From contig CAJINV010000021.1 in assembly GCA_905178155.1 (NCBI GenBank), forward strand, positions 607,530 to 671,529: DNA of 64,000 nucleotides, written 5' to 3'. Position 1 is the stretch's first letter, and each line of letters begins with the position of its first letter. Source of the stretch: Amoebophrya sp. A120. Taxonomy: Eukaryota > Protista > Dinoflagellata. This document shows positions 1 to 11,300 of the stretch, piece after piece. The translations under genes and the position numbers were made by a program. The notes under the pieces were generated by a model that did no database searches, had not been told where the DNA came from, and saw only the letters and a program-made list of their open reading frames with translations.

Positions 1-329
1 ATCAGCTGTAGTTGCACTATGAATTATTATTTGGATCGTAGTTGAAGTTGAAGTAGTTTTCACTGTAGATATTACGAATGCTCTTTTATGCAGAGTCCCC
101 TCCCCCTCGTTCACCTCATCGCGCTTCGACTCCTGTCTTTCACTTCTGTGAACACGAGGACCATGTGCAAAAGCAAAAGAAACCACTACCACATTGACGT
201 TGTTCAACATTATAGATATCCTTCTTACATCGACGCATATCGTCGCGCAGATGAGAACTTTTCTGTTGTTACCATCGTCAACCCTAAGTGCATTGTTTTT
301 TTTTTTATGATCTCTTACTTCATCATACA

Positions 330-3300
330 TCAGCTCGCAGAAGTTTCTTCTTCCAATCGCACTTGCAAGTAACGGTCAAACGCTTTCGACTCTGCCACAC
401 TATCCTGTGCAAAAGTATCGCACTCGTATTGCAATCAAAATCATGCATTGCAAAAAATCTTTTTCTTAAAGGTGAATTCGCATATACAAGTTCTTTTATT
501 TTTCATGCTGAGGAAATCTGTAATGCATTTATACGAGTACGATGCTGTTGCAGTGCATACACACTGTCTCGCTGCAACAGCGCCAGGTACCGGCGGCCGC
601 TGTCGCTCCAGGTAGGAATTCGATCGTAAAAGCCTTGGAACTTGATGCGCCAGTCCTCGAGAAGAAGCTGGACACCAGCTCGTGGGTCGTTGTGCAACAG
701 GCTGGACATAAATGAGGATCGATCTTCGCTGGAGGATGACGTTGGACTTGGTTGAAGAAGGTCAGCAGATGTAGTTGCTGTTGCACTACCTCCAGCGCCA
801 TAGTCATGAGTCTGGACCGCGTCAGAATTATTTTTACCCGCTCGTTCAGAGGACACCTGAGGCACAGGCTCGTCACGTCTGAACCAGTTTCCTGAAGACC
901 CCTGCTGAAACGCCGCGAGTACGGCAATGTGGGCCAGGCAGAAACTGAGTCGCGCCAGGTCCTCGAGGGTGCAACTGCGGGGTAGGAGGGATACGAAAAT
1001 AAATTGGCCGGTGAACAGCACGGCAGAGAACGCTGCGAAAACGGCCACAATCCCGAGGGAAACGAAAGTTGAGGCGACCGGGTCGTCCCAGAGTAGGACG
1101 TTGTAGCACTTTTCGCACACATCCAGCATGCCGAGAAAAAATTCCGCCTGTTCCAGCACGACGGCCGTGGTAGGCAGTTTTTTCGACAGCATCAACGCTT
1201 TTTCTCGCTGGCTCCCCAGGATCCAGTGCAAAATTATCGTTCTCGTAGTATTCGCAACCATGCATGACAAATCTCCCTCACAAGGTACATCACCATGACG
1301 AATTCCCGCCTCTGTCATTCTGAGCTAACTTGTATTGCAAAAATTACGTAGCTTCTACTAGTACCAGTACGATAGTACTATCGCATTTCATACCCACCAG
1401 CGGCGTCCGCTCGTGCTCCCAGACCACCCAGCCTCGGGAGGCGGCGGAGAGAGTCGTCGGGACGTCAGAGCACCAGCGCCCGCCTTGTTCTTGTCCTGTC
1501 GCGGCTGACGACGACGAAGAAGAGCCACGGCTGCCACCTGGGCTACCATTTAATATCACCTGCTCGAAGTAAAGAGGGTTTTTCCGTCGATTCTGGCCGA
1601 CGATGTAGACGAGCAGCAGAGCAAAAGCGAGGGGAAACAGCGTCCAGTGCAGTGCGTAGTAGGCGTATCCAAAAAAAAAACTGTGTAAGTGTAACTTTTT
1701 TGCAGGACTAGCATCACAGATTTGTTTTGCATGACAGAGAACCTGTCATGCGTAGCTAGTACGCGAAAACACGTATTAAAAAAACAGCCTCTGATGCATA
1801 TCCGGCATGACAAGTGTAACTGTTTTGCAATAGCTGCAAGACAAAGTTGCACTTACACAGTTTTTTTCTTGCATAAGGCGAGAAAGAAAAGCCCGTTCCG
1901 GTAAATAATTCTGGTCGTCTGCCTGTAGTACAAGAACGCCGGTCCATGTCTGAGTAGATCATTCTCATTGCTGCTAGTAGTAGTAGTTCTAGAGGAACTA
2001 CTCCTGCTGTGGATTTTTGACAACGGCGCCACATGATCAGACGAAGCTCCGAGCAAATAACCGCGCTCGTCTTCCGCCCGCAGCCATTTTACAAAGTCAC
2101 AGAAAACCTCGAGCGGCAAGTGCCAGTGCAAGTATTGTCAGGAAAAATGTCCCCATCCCATAGTCAAGATGGGAAAGCTGCAACACAAACTCGGAAGTTT
2201 TGGGAGTCATGCATGACAAGTTCCCCTCTGAATTGTAGTGCAGTTTCGCAAGGACAGCCGCATCAGAAAGCCAGCTCCTCATCCTATTTTTAGCATCACA
2301 AATTCCAAAACACGATTGGAAATGGCTCTCGTGGGGATGCGCATTACAAGTCTTCCTGTCCTTGCAAATCAGCATCACAACTCTGGGGTGGGGACGTTTT
2401 TACTCAGCATAGCAAGCGTAGCTGCGTCAGCCGGTTCCGGGATTCGATCGCATCCTCAACCAGTATAACCCGCTCAGGTGTTACAATCTCAAGCGTTACA
2501 ATAGAATCTGGAATTTGTGTTGCAAGACGTGCATGATCTACCCTACTCCCACAGGATTGCGCATGACAAGTTCTGGAGTCCCAATCCGCACTACAATCTG
2601 GCGAAATTTGTATTGCAAAAAGTGGAACGCTGTCCGAGTCTGTCATGTTAGTCATGCAAGACAAATTTCAGATTCTATTGTAACGTTTGAGATTGTAACA
2701 CCTGAGCAGGTTATAACCAGAGAAAGACCCTTTTCGTTGCTCGCGCTCCAGTATGAACTGCAAAAGGATCGCACTCGTATAAATGCATTACAAATTTTCT
2801 CAGCATGAGAAATCAAATTTGTAATGCGGATTTACCTAAAGAAAAAGCTTTGTAATGCATGACTGCAATTACTATGAGTACCTACGATACTTTTGCACAG
2901 GATATCCAGGGGTCGACGCTGACTGTGGGGGCGGGTCGCAGGTAGTGGCGGAAAATAGTTGTACACGTCGCGGCTCCTGTATGCAAGAAAAAAACTGTGT
3001 AAGTGTAACTGTGTGTTGCAGAAAATGCAAAACTGTTACACTTGTCATGCTGGACATGCATCAGAGGCAATTTTCGTACGTGTTCTGTTTCTCGTGCTAG
3101 CTACGCATGACAGGTTTTCTGTGTCATGCAGAGCAAACTTGTGATGCAATTCCTCCAAGAAACTTACATTTGACAGTTTTTTTCCTGGATATCCTGCGGT
3201 CTTCGATAAACTAGAGGCTTTGGCTTGTCTCGCTACTATCGACATCAGCGGAAGAATTTCCAGTTTCAGCTTGACCTTTAGCGTAAAGTCTTATGCGTTG

Positions 3301-5593
3301 CAAATATCTCTGGGTCTGGAAACCTGTGACGCTGCGTAGTGCATCATGAGGAGGCCACAAGTGCTGACTCAGTATGACAAGTTTCTGAGCTTCTAGGTGT
3401 CGCCTATTCGCATTCGGCATGACAAACTGCGTTTCTGCATGACAGAAAAGCGGGGCTCTTGGGTAACGTACATGACAGATTTAAGAGTCATGCCAGACAA
3501 GCATGACAAACATGCGTTCTTCCAGACCCAGATGACATTTTTGCAGTTGATAAGTCTCGATCTTGCGCCATTCCCCCGCCTAGAGCTATCAACTGCAAAA
3601 ATGTCTGGGTCTGGAAGGATGTAACCTGTGATGCGCATTTCAGAACACACAAAAATCTCTCATGCATGGGTAGCAAAAGCTGCCCGCTTTCGGTCACCAA
3701 AATGGGGGATTTGTCATGCGGGTTCGGCATTGCGGAAGCTTCTTGAAAACCGTGATGCTAGAGCTTCCATGCCAGACCTTCCGTGTCATGCAGAAACAGC
3801 ATGACTCTTCCAGACCCAGACATTTTTACAATTGATAACAGCACCGCCAACGCGGTAGCTTGCCGGAAAAAAAGTGTACCAGGTCGACGGAAGTGCGGTG
3901 GGTTGGATCCCTTTACACAACCATGACACGGGCGGAATGTTGCCCGTTAAGAGACTGCTTCGAAGATTGTTGGAAGCAGCAGGACCAGACAACAGCGCGC
4001 CAGCCAGTGGTATGCACACCACATAGTCCGGACGTAGTCTGCCAGCAATGTAGCTCGGGCCCCAGAGATACACCACAATGTCGGTGCGAATGTCCGCAAC
4101 TCGCAGGCACGCCCCAGTGTCTACCGGTTCCAACGTGGTACTTCTTCCAGACGTTGTTGTATCAGTAGAGGAAGAACTCTCATGCGGTGGCCCGCCAGGA
4201 TCATAATCCTCGTCTTCCTCCAGCAGCCCTTTCCTGCGCCGCATGTAGCGCAGGGAAACCAGATCTGACTCCTCCGCGTCGGACAGGACTTGGATGCAAT
4301 ACTTCGCGAGTGGAAACTCCTTTCCGGGCTTCACATCCACGTCAATCGCGTCGATTGTCACATCAACCCTGCAGCTGCACTCGGCGTTAAATTTTTCATC
4401 CTGCTGCACAGTTTTCTGAAAATGTTTTGTCGTCGTTCCACCGCTAGGCGAAGTCGAATGGCTCCTCCTCGTTGAGGACGACCCTCTAATATGCTCCGCC
4501 GCGTCATCATTCTCGTCTTCTTCTCCAGCAGCAAGATGAAGAGCCCCCTCCTTTTCATCATCATCCCCAAATATTGACGATGACCCCGGGTCGTGGTTTA
4601 TTTCTACTTCCATACTATCCTCCGCGACGGTGATGGTGTGGAGTCTCCGAAAGGGGGACTTGGACCGGTTCGTCACCCTGTTGCGCTGCCGCAAGACGGA
4701 CGATTCCGAATTATCGAGATCGTCACTTGACGCAGGAATTCTTTCCTGGTTGATCTTCGCAGCATCGTTGGTATTGGTTCCAGTTGTACCAGTTGTACTT
4801 TTGGTAGTAGATGAGCTCAGGAGCTCTTCGTCTTCAACCTCCGCTACGGTGTCGCTCCCTCGACGCATCGCAACCATCCGACGCCGCCGCGGCTCCGATC
4901 TGGCTCGTGTAGAAGTCCCTCCATCGCCTTCTTCAACACCTGAAATAATTATTGGGTTGAAATAAAAAAAAATTGTCGGGATATTTATATCTTTATCTCA
5001 TTCTCGACGTTATAAAGGATAAGAAAGAAGCAAAGCTGGCGCATAGTCTCCTGCTTACAAACAGAGTAGTTATATAAAGTACCAGTCTGACCGCCTTCCA
5101 AATTTTCGTAGAGCTTCGCGCGCAAATTTGCCATGCTTTTCTCGTAGTAAGTGAAGCCCGCCGCGATGCCCTTGTGATACAGCCGCTTCAGCGGGCTCAC
5201 TATCCTGTATGAAAACCTGGTCCCCACGACCGCAGAGTCAAGATGCCGACTTTGCTACAGAAAGCAGCAAGCTTTGGCTTTTGCGCATGACAAGTCTGAG
5301 CTCGTACAACTAGCGTACTTAACTTTTTACTCCTGTTTAGCTAGTGCAACCGCAACCGCATCACAAATCGACTGCCTCTATCCTGGTTCCAGAATGACAA
5401 GTCCCAAAATAGCGTTGGAAAATGCTCCTCATAGGGTTGCGCATAACACAGAGAAATTGAGGCATGTCCTCGCTTTGCATTGCAACTCGAACTCGTCTGG
5501 GGCGGGGAAGTTTCTGCACGGGATACTCGCTTTCTCCTCGTCATCATTGTGCCTCGGGATGTCGTAGCGGTACGAAGGTCCGATGTTGGCTGG
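330..5593 (-). CDS. Multi-exon MCTP-like protein (C2 domain, transmembrane segments, PRT_C-like C-terminus); 5' end not resolved
   Basis: Removing 10 TIR elements (each with one direct-repeat copy) and a GT-AG intron at 4940-5082 gives one continuous frame: ...WYTFFP...DFTLKVKLKLEIL (C2-like end)...LAYYALHWTLFPLAFALLLVYIV (TM)...EKCYNVLLWDDPVASTF...FYDRIPT (PRT_C-like)...ETSAS, stop at 330-332. Family call is by motif recognition only. Confidence 0.75.
401..559. mobile_element. Introner-like TIR element, family A (~160 bp)
   Basis: TATCCTGTGCAAAAGTATCG...CGATGCTGTTGCAGTGCATA; direct repeat CACAC/CACAC; removal gives DSV-AESKAF in frame. Confidence 0.9.
1220..1392. mobile_element. Introner-like TIR element, family A-like, degenerate left end
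   Basis: GATCCAGTGCAAAATTATCG...TCGCATTTCATA; repeat CCCAG/CCCAC; removal gives PLVG-SQREK in frame. Confidence 0.8.
1666..1875. mobile_element. Introner-like TIR element, family B
   Basis: TATCCAAAAAAAAAACTGTGTAAGTG...CACTTACACAGTTTTTTTCTTGCATA; repeat AGGCG/AGGCG; removal gives FFLA-YYAL. Confidence 0.9.
2133..2411. mobile_element. Introner-like TIR element
   Basis: TATTGTCAGGAAAAATGTCCCCATCCCA...TGGGGTGGGGACGTTTTTACTCAGCATA; repeat GCAAG/GCAAG; removal gives LRL-HWHL. Confidence 0.9.
2464..2715. mobile_element. Introner-like TIR element, family E (TIR ~60 bp)
   Basis: TATAACCCGCTCAGGTGTTACAATCTC...GAGATTGTAACACCTGAGCAGGTTATA; repeat ACCAG/ACCAG; in-frame join. Confidence 0.92.
2752..2904. 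mobile_element. Introner-like TIR element, family A, opposite orientation to 401-559
   Basis: TATGAACTGCAAAAGGATCG...CGATACTTTTGCACAGGATA; repeat TCCAG/TCCAG; in-frame join. Confidence 0.92.
2980..3191. mobile_element. Introner-like TIR element, family B, opposite orientation to 1666-1875
   Basis: TATGCAAGAAAAAAACTGTGTAAG...CAGTTTTTTTCCTGGATA; repeat TCCTG/TCCTG; in-frame join. Confidence 0.9.
3292..3552. mobile_element. Introner-like TIR element, TCTGGGTCTGGAA family
   Basis: TATGCGTTGCAAATATCTCTGGGTCTGGAA...TTCCAGACCCAGATGACATTTTTGCAGTTGATA; repeat AGTCT/AGTCT; removal gives QDRD-FTLKV. Confidence 0.9.
3587..3837. mobile_element. Introner-like TIR element, TCTGGGTCTGGAA family
   Basis: TATCAACTGCAAAAATGTCTGGGTCTGGAA...TTCCAGACCCAGACATTTTTACAATTGATA; repeat AGAGC/ACAGC; in-frame join. 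Confidence 0.9.
4940..5082 (-). other. Canonical GT-AG intron in the MCTP-like gene
   Basis: Minus strand ACT G|GTACTT...ATTTCAG|GT GTT GAA joins ORF 4985..5227 to ORF 3786..4877 in frame. Confidence 0.7.
5201..5525. mobile_element. Introner-like TIR element (diverged)
   Basis: TATCCTGTATGAAAACC...GAAGTTTCTGCACGGGATA; repeat CTCAC/CTCGC; internal GCATGACAA; removal gives EEKAS-PLKRL. Confidence 0.75.
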
Positions 5594-5763
5594 CTATGGC
5601 GTTTCAAGCGTTGCGCTCTCAACTGCTATGATGAGTTTGTGATGCTGCAAGAATAGCAAATAAGAACCACTCCCCACGACTGCGTCGTGGGGCAAGCATT
5701 GTATTTGTTCTTCCCGTCGATTGTGAAAGAAAAAAGAACTTCACTGCCGCACCGGAAAACAAG

Positions 5764-6090
5764 GAGTGAGATCTGCTCACAACTTTTTTAAAAATGGCAC
5801 TTTCGGGCGGCCCAAAGGTGAGAATTCTCAGAAAATGAGATCTCAGAGAGCTCTCACTTTTTTCAAAATCTCACTTGGCGGCCCAAAAGTGCGATGGCTC
5901 AGAAAGTGAGAGCTCAGCGAGATCTCACTTTTGTCAAAGTCTCGCTTTTGGGCCCTCTCGGAGAAGTGACTCGGACCGTGAGACTTCTTTAGAAAGTAAG
6001 ATCTCGCTGGGATCTCACTTTTTTCAAAGTGAGACTAACTGAAATCAATCTCACTGAGATCTCATCGAGAGCATCTTACTTCTTTCACTT
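5764..6090. repeat. Degenerate array of AAAGTGAGA / (GAGA)TCTCACTTT motifs in both orientations
   Basis: Repeated GAGATCTCAC, TCTCACTTTT, AAAGTGAGA and GCGGCCCAAA; no ORF. Confidence 0.7.
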
Positions 6091-6373
6091 TTTTTTCCAA
6101 TTTGTTATCTTTCCATCGCCAGACTGATGCGGCGTAGCGGTTCCTCGTCGAGTAGCTGCGTCGGACGCGGCCGAAGGCCCGAAAGCGAAAATCTTCCCCC
6201 AATAAGACCAGCGAAAATTTTCCGCCGAGCTATTCTATCGGGAGGCTCCGAGCCATGAAAAAAAAGCAACTAGAACAACAAGCGCTTCATCGAATTATAG
6301 GTAACATTCATTTTTGTCGTCTGCGCAGGAAAAAAACAGCAGCTGCGCGCAAGAAACGCAAAAAGCGGCGAAG

Positions 6374-7008
6374 CTTCTGAAGAGCTTCTGAAGGTTTTTT
6401 TCATTTTTTGAGCACTGGCTGTCACAAAAGAAGCCTTTTTTAGGCGAGGAAACAGTTTCGCGCGCATCAAAAGCGCCGATTTGTGTAATATCTTCTGGAG
6501 AGTCTTCAGAAGGTTCACCTTCAGAAGAATGACAAATCAAATTCTTCTGAAGGTGTGCGAATTTTAATTTTTGCATTTTTTCAAAAACGAGACAATTTTT
6601 GAAAAACCTTCAGAAGATTTTTAGTCTTCTGAAGGTTTTTGTAGGTGTTCCGATTTTTGTTCATTTTTTGCGTGTAAAAACTCGCAACCTTCTGAAGGTT
6701 TGCAATTTCATCAAACGAAGCAAACCTTCAGAAGAATGCCTACCTTCTGAAGGTTTTTCAAAGTCATTTTTTGGCCTTCTGAAGGTTTTTTTGTCGAAAA
6801 ATCGAAAAAATTCTTCAGAAGGTGAAAAAAAACCTTCAGAAGGCTAGACCTTCTGAAGGTTGTAAACAATGAGCCACAATTTGATTTGCGCGAGCTAATT
6901 CTGCGTTTTTAAAGATGAAAAGTAGCCGACTATTTTTTTTGACCTTCTGAAGCTTGAAAATCAAATTTTGAGCGTCAGAAGGTCTTCAGAAGGTCAAACC
7001 TTCAGAAG
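6374..7008. repeat. Array of about 17 CTTC(A/T)GAAG interrupted palindromes
   Basis: Counted by eye at about 6374, 6385, 6504, 6519, 6544, 6608, 6626, 6689, 6726, 6744, 6776, 6813, 6834, 6850, 6944, 6984, 7000. Confidence 0.85.
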
Positions 7009-8318
7009 CTTTGGGAGGAGCAAATGCATATCTTGCCCCTATAGTATATAGATTAAGCGATAGGGCGGGGCGGGGGACCTTGCGCATCTTGCATCATACA
7101 GATTTGGCGCGGATAGGTTATGAAGCAATTTAGCACGACGTCAAGAAGAACTTGTCATGCGACGAAGCTTGCTCGTTTGAAGCGTGATAGTGATTCTGTG
7201 TGACCATGACAAATCACGCAACTACAGTTGAGAACGAAACGCTTGCGAGTAATCCCATACTGGCGGTGTCGGGCTGCTAGGAGCACGATCTGATCCCCCC
7301 ATTGCGATTGCGATATTAGTATTACCGACGCTTCTCCTGCATTTATTACGTTACTTTCTGACCACTCTGACGAGCCTGATGACGGTCGTACGGCCGCGCG
7401 CCTGTAGTTGCTAAAAATTCGAGCTCGAGTAGCAGGTGTTACCGACTTATGGGTGGAATTATGCACGACGGCAACTCCATCCGTCGGAAACGGAATGAAG
7501 CGCGCCTTCTCGGTTGCGAAAGCGAGTCTCATCATCTTCGGCATTGCTTGTACTTGTCTGCGATGCGTTCCTCTTCTTGTTCTTTCTCTTTCCTCCTTAT
7601 TGATTCTATGCTGCCCAACGACCAAAATTTGTTCTGCGTACAGACACCCAGCAAGTGCGAGGGAAAACAGAAATAACGATACTGCTCAACACCACACCAA
7701 GTACGCGATGCACGACGACATGATCCATCCTACAATCTGCCCCGGCGCTCCTCTCGTGTGGTAACTGAGTGAAGCCTAATTTCGGTTTATTTGACTTCGT
7801 ACGAAACTGGAAACCGAAACTGCTGCTGGAGACAGAGAAATAAAAACAGCACAGAGGACACAGTTGGTGGAAAAAAACTGTCTGCTCTCTAGGCTCCTAC
7901 CTGTGGTCCTCCCACAACGTCGGGCGTGAGTTCCTCTTGTGACAGCGGAGTCACTCAAAAATACAGGAGTAGAGATACAGAATTAGCTGCTTGTACAAGT
8001 TTTATTATTTCATTTTTTCCATTCTTGTTCATCTCGAAATAAAGTGAGAGCCAGTATTTCTTGAACTACTAGCACTACACGAGCAGGCACGTCCTCGCGC
8101 CTTCTCCTCCGGCCGCGGCCACCGTGCGGGAAACGTAAAAGGTGGCAAAGACAACATGACAGCCAGCAAAATATTACACAAAGTTTCGCTTCGAATGCAT
8201 GGTCGCAGCACAAGAAAAAACATATAGTATTGTTTCAAAGTACTGCTCTATGCAGCTCGCTTGTTTCTACTTCTACTTCAAGTTCTCCCCACATTTCCAT
8301 TTGAGCGGCGGCGGGTCG

Positions 8319-11300
8319 CTACTTGTCGCTGGCAGTAGCCGCGAAATCAATCGCGTGCTTCGCATACCAACTCGCCAGCACATCAGCCTCGATCCACTCC
8401 TTCGTACCCCGGTTCTCAAAGAGGTGCAACGTGCTGTCCGCCTCCGTGACTGACATGACGACAAACTTCAGCGGTTCGTTGGGTAGTTCCAGTTCCTCAT
8501 CGGCAACCTCAGCAGAGTGAGACATGGCTGCGCCGGCCACTCCTTCTTTCGCCGAGTCCTGCTCCAGCGAGGACGCGAATTATGCACTGCAAAAGTATCG
8601 CACTCGTATTAATCGTAGTTATGCATTACAAATCTGTTTGTCAAGGTAATTGCAATTCCGCATTACTATATTTAATGCTGGGCTAATTTGTAATGCAATG
8701 AATAAATTGCCAATTTATACTACTACGATCCTTTTGCAGTTCATACGGATGCTGCTGCAGCAAGTCCTCCTCCAGTGCTGCCGGTTCCGGCACTGGGCTG
8801 TATGCATTGCAAATGTGTCTAGGTCTGGAAGCTTGTCATGCGAAGTCTGCAACTGCATCGTAAAAAAAATTGTGTTGCATGGTTACAGAAAGTTGTCCAC
8901 TTTTGAACAAGTTTAGAGGCAGTTTCTAGTAATGAAGGAGAGGCGTGATAAACAGAGCTCGTCCCACGGAATCTGTCATGATAGATGCTGTATACCAGAT
9001 CCCATGTCATGGGTCTGGGTCGCGGAAAACCTGCCTGACAGAAATCATCAAGTTCAAGACCCAGACGTATTTGCTTTTGATATTGATGGGCTGCGTCTGC
9101 GTTCTTGTGCTACTGCTTTTGGCAACCAGTCGCACCGCCGCACGGACGGCGTTTCTCACGTGCTCCACGTCTTCATCTTCGACGGCCAGTATGGCGCGAA
9201 TGTTTAGCCGATCAGCCCACTTTTCGCAGCGCGTCAGCATGTGCATTTCGGTGTTGAGAAGCCGGCGCCGAAACCCCGCCCAGGATGTCCACAAAAACCT
9301 TTCCCGGAAGACATTGCTCTGCATCTCCGCCACGTGTGTCACGTCCACAACATCTGCCAGCGCTATCGAGTTTTTCTCACGCGTTTACATCGATAGCTGT
9401 TACATGTTGAGTTATTTGAATCCGTGCTGCAAGAGTTGTAGCTAAGGATAAAGTGGAAGGCGAAGGGGGAAGTTTGCGTGTCTTGCATTACATAAAATAA
9501 ATTATCCGATGCAACTACAGCTATCTCCATGCTAACAATCAAGCGCGTCGAGACACTGTCATGCGAAGTAGCTTGCTTGTGTGAGGGGTGATGCTGACGG
9601 TAATTCTGCATGTTGACAAAAAACAATGTAACAGCGAGTAGTGATGTAACGTTTGAGAATGAAAATCCCATAAACACTAGCACTGGCATATGACCCGGCC
9701 CGAGATCCTCACGCAGATTCGTGACGGCACTCGTCGTAGCCTGGCGCACCATGCCACCAAGCCGGCCCCTCCAGCCGTGCGCGACGCGGCCGGCGTTCTT
9801 TAGTGCGTATTCTTTTGCGACGTCCCACATGCGTACACTTTCGCCTTCCCCCGTGCACCGACCCCTCTTGAAGGAGAGTGGCGCCGCGGACACAACGTTC
9901 TGACGGACGTCGGCAGTCTTGTTGTAGCCCTTACCCGCCTCGCCCACCTGCGCACGCTCACCACCGGCAAAATCAATCCCCTTTCGTTCCAGGAACAGCG
10001 TTCCCGCCAGTTGCGCGTTGGTGAACAGAATCGCAGAAACGACATGGTAAATGGCTGCCCCGGCAATCGCCCAAGGGCGTGGAAAAGTCAAGTCTTCAAT
10101 TCTGGGTCTCACCAGCTCAAAAGCGCGACTGATAACCGGTCCCGGAAAGAGGAAGGTCGCGTTTCCATGTTCCTCATAAAGATCGAATGATCTCTCGAAG
10201 TCCCACCCCGGATCGGAGTGCGCAGAAGGCGGAAGGCGGGAGTGCGCTTCCAGGGTTGAAGGCGCCAGCGAGTAGTACTTCTCGTCCAGGTATGGTGGGT
10301 CAAACGTTGTCTCTGGGTTTCGCACACCAATTTGATCCCACCACCACCACGCGCGACCATGGGTGGCATAATTGCTCACTGGACTGCGCTTGATTACTGC
10401 CAAATATTTCCGTGCCAGACTCCGGGCCATCACTTCGTCCACGACGGTGAGGAACGGCTTCCCCGTTGCAATCCCGATCCCATCCGGCATGGAGGTTGAC
10501 GCTTCCTGCTCGTAGCCCTCGGACGCGACATTGTACATCGGCCGAAGAGATGAGGACGAGGGCCGAAGCAGATCCCTGTCTCCACGCGCCGGCACTAAAT
10601 GACTCCTCGCAGTACTATTGTCTTCATCTCCACGGACCACATCCGCTGGGAAAACAGTTGCCACCCAGCTGAAATCAGATCTGTCGGAGCGATAGTACTT
10701 CGGAATGACGCACAGCACAGAGCTCGGCTGTGCCTTGTTTTCTATCGTTCGTCCAGAAGTTGTTGAATTGTTTGCTCTACTACTAGCGCCTCCACTTCCT
10801 GCTGCTGCTGCCTCTAGCGCCGCCTGCACGTCAGCACTGGAGAAAATCCCGGCCCCTGGGACGTCGTGGAGGCTCTGCTTTTGAAACTCACAGTGGTCGA
10901 CTTCCCCCTGCAGGACCTGCAAGCTGATTTTCCCCGACCTGTTAAATTCGCGCGCGGCGAGCTCTGCGTTTGCGATCCGAAGTTGCTCTGCAATAGGGTT
11001 TATCAACTGCAAATGTCGTGTCTGGGTCTGGAGAAACAGAAATGCAGAAAGTTTGTCAACATGCTCGTCTTGGGAATTTTACGGCTGGGCCGCGTGGCCC
11101 CTGCTGTTTGATAAACCTTAAAACGGCACTTACTAGCGGCACTAGTTACCGCCACCTACTCGACAAACTCTAGGTAGGCGGAACACGTTTGGCAAACTCT
11201 CGGCGGAATGCAGGAGTTTGTCATGTAGGTTTTCCACCCCAACCACACAAATGGTGTGGAATGGTGCACGCAAAAGTATTACAGGCTTGGCGGAAGAGGC

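Noticed and set aside
3393-3730. Recurrent short ORFs with FQTQTFL / CKNVWVWK / PDPDIF peptides as a protein family
   Set aside because: They are translations of the TCTGGGTCTGGAA TIR in different frames
7045-7316. Additional introner element
   Set aside because: Contains TTGTCATGC and CATGACAAA, but the TIR and direct repeat are too degenerate to define ends, and there is no frame test
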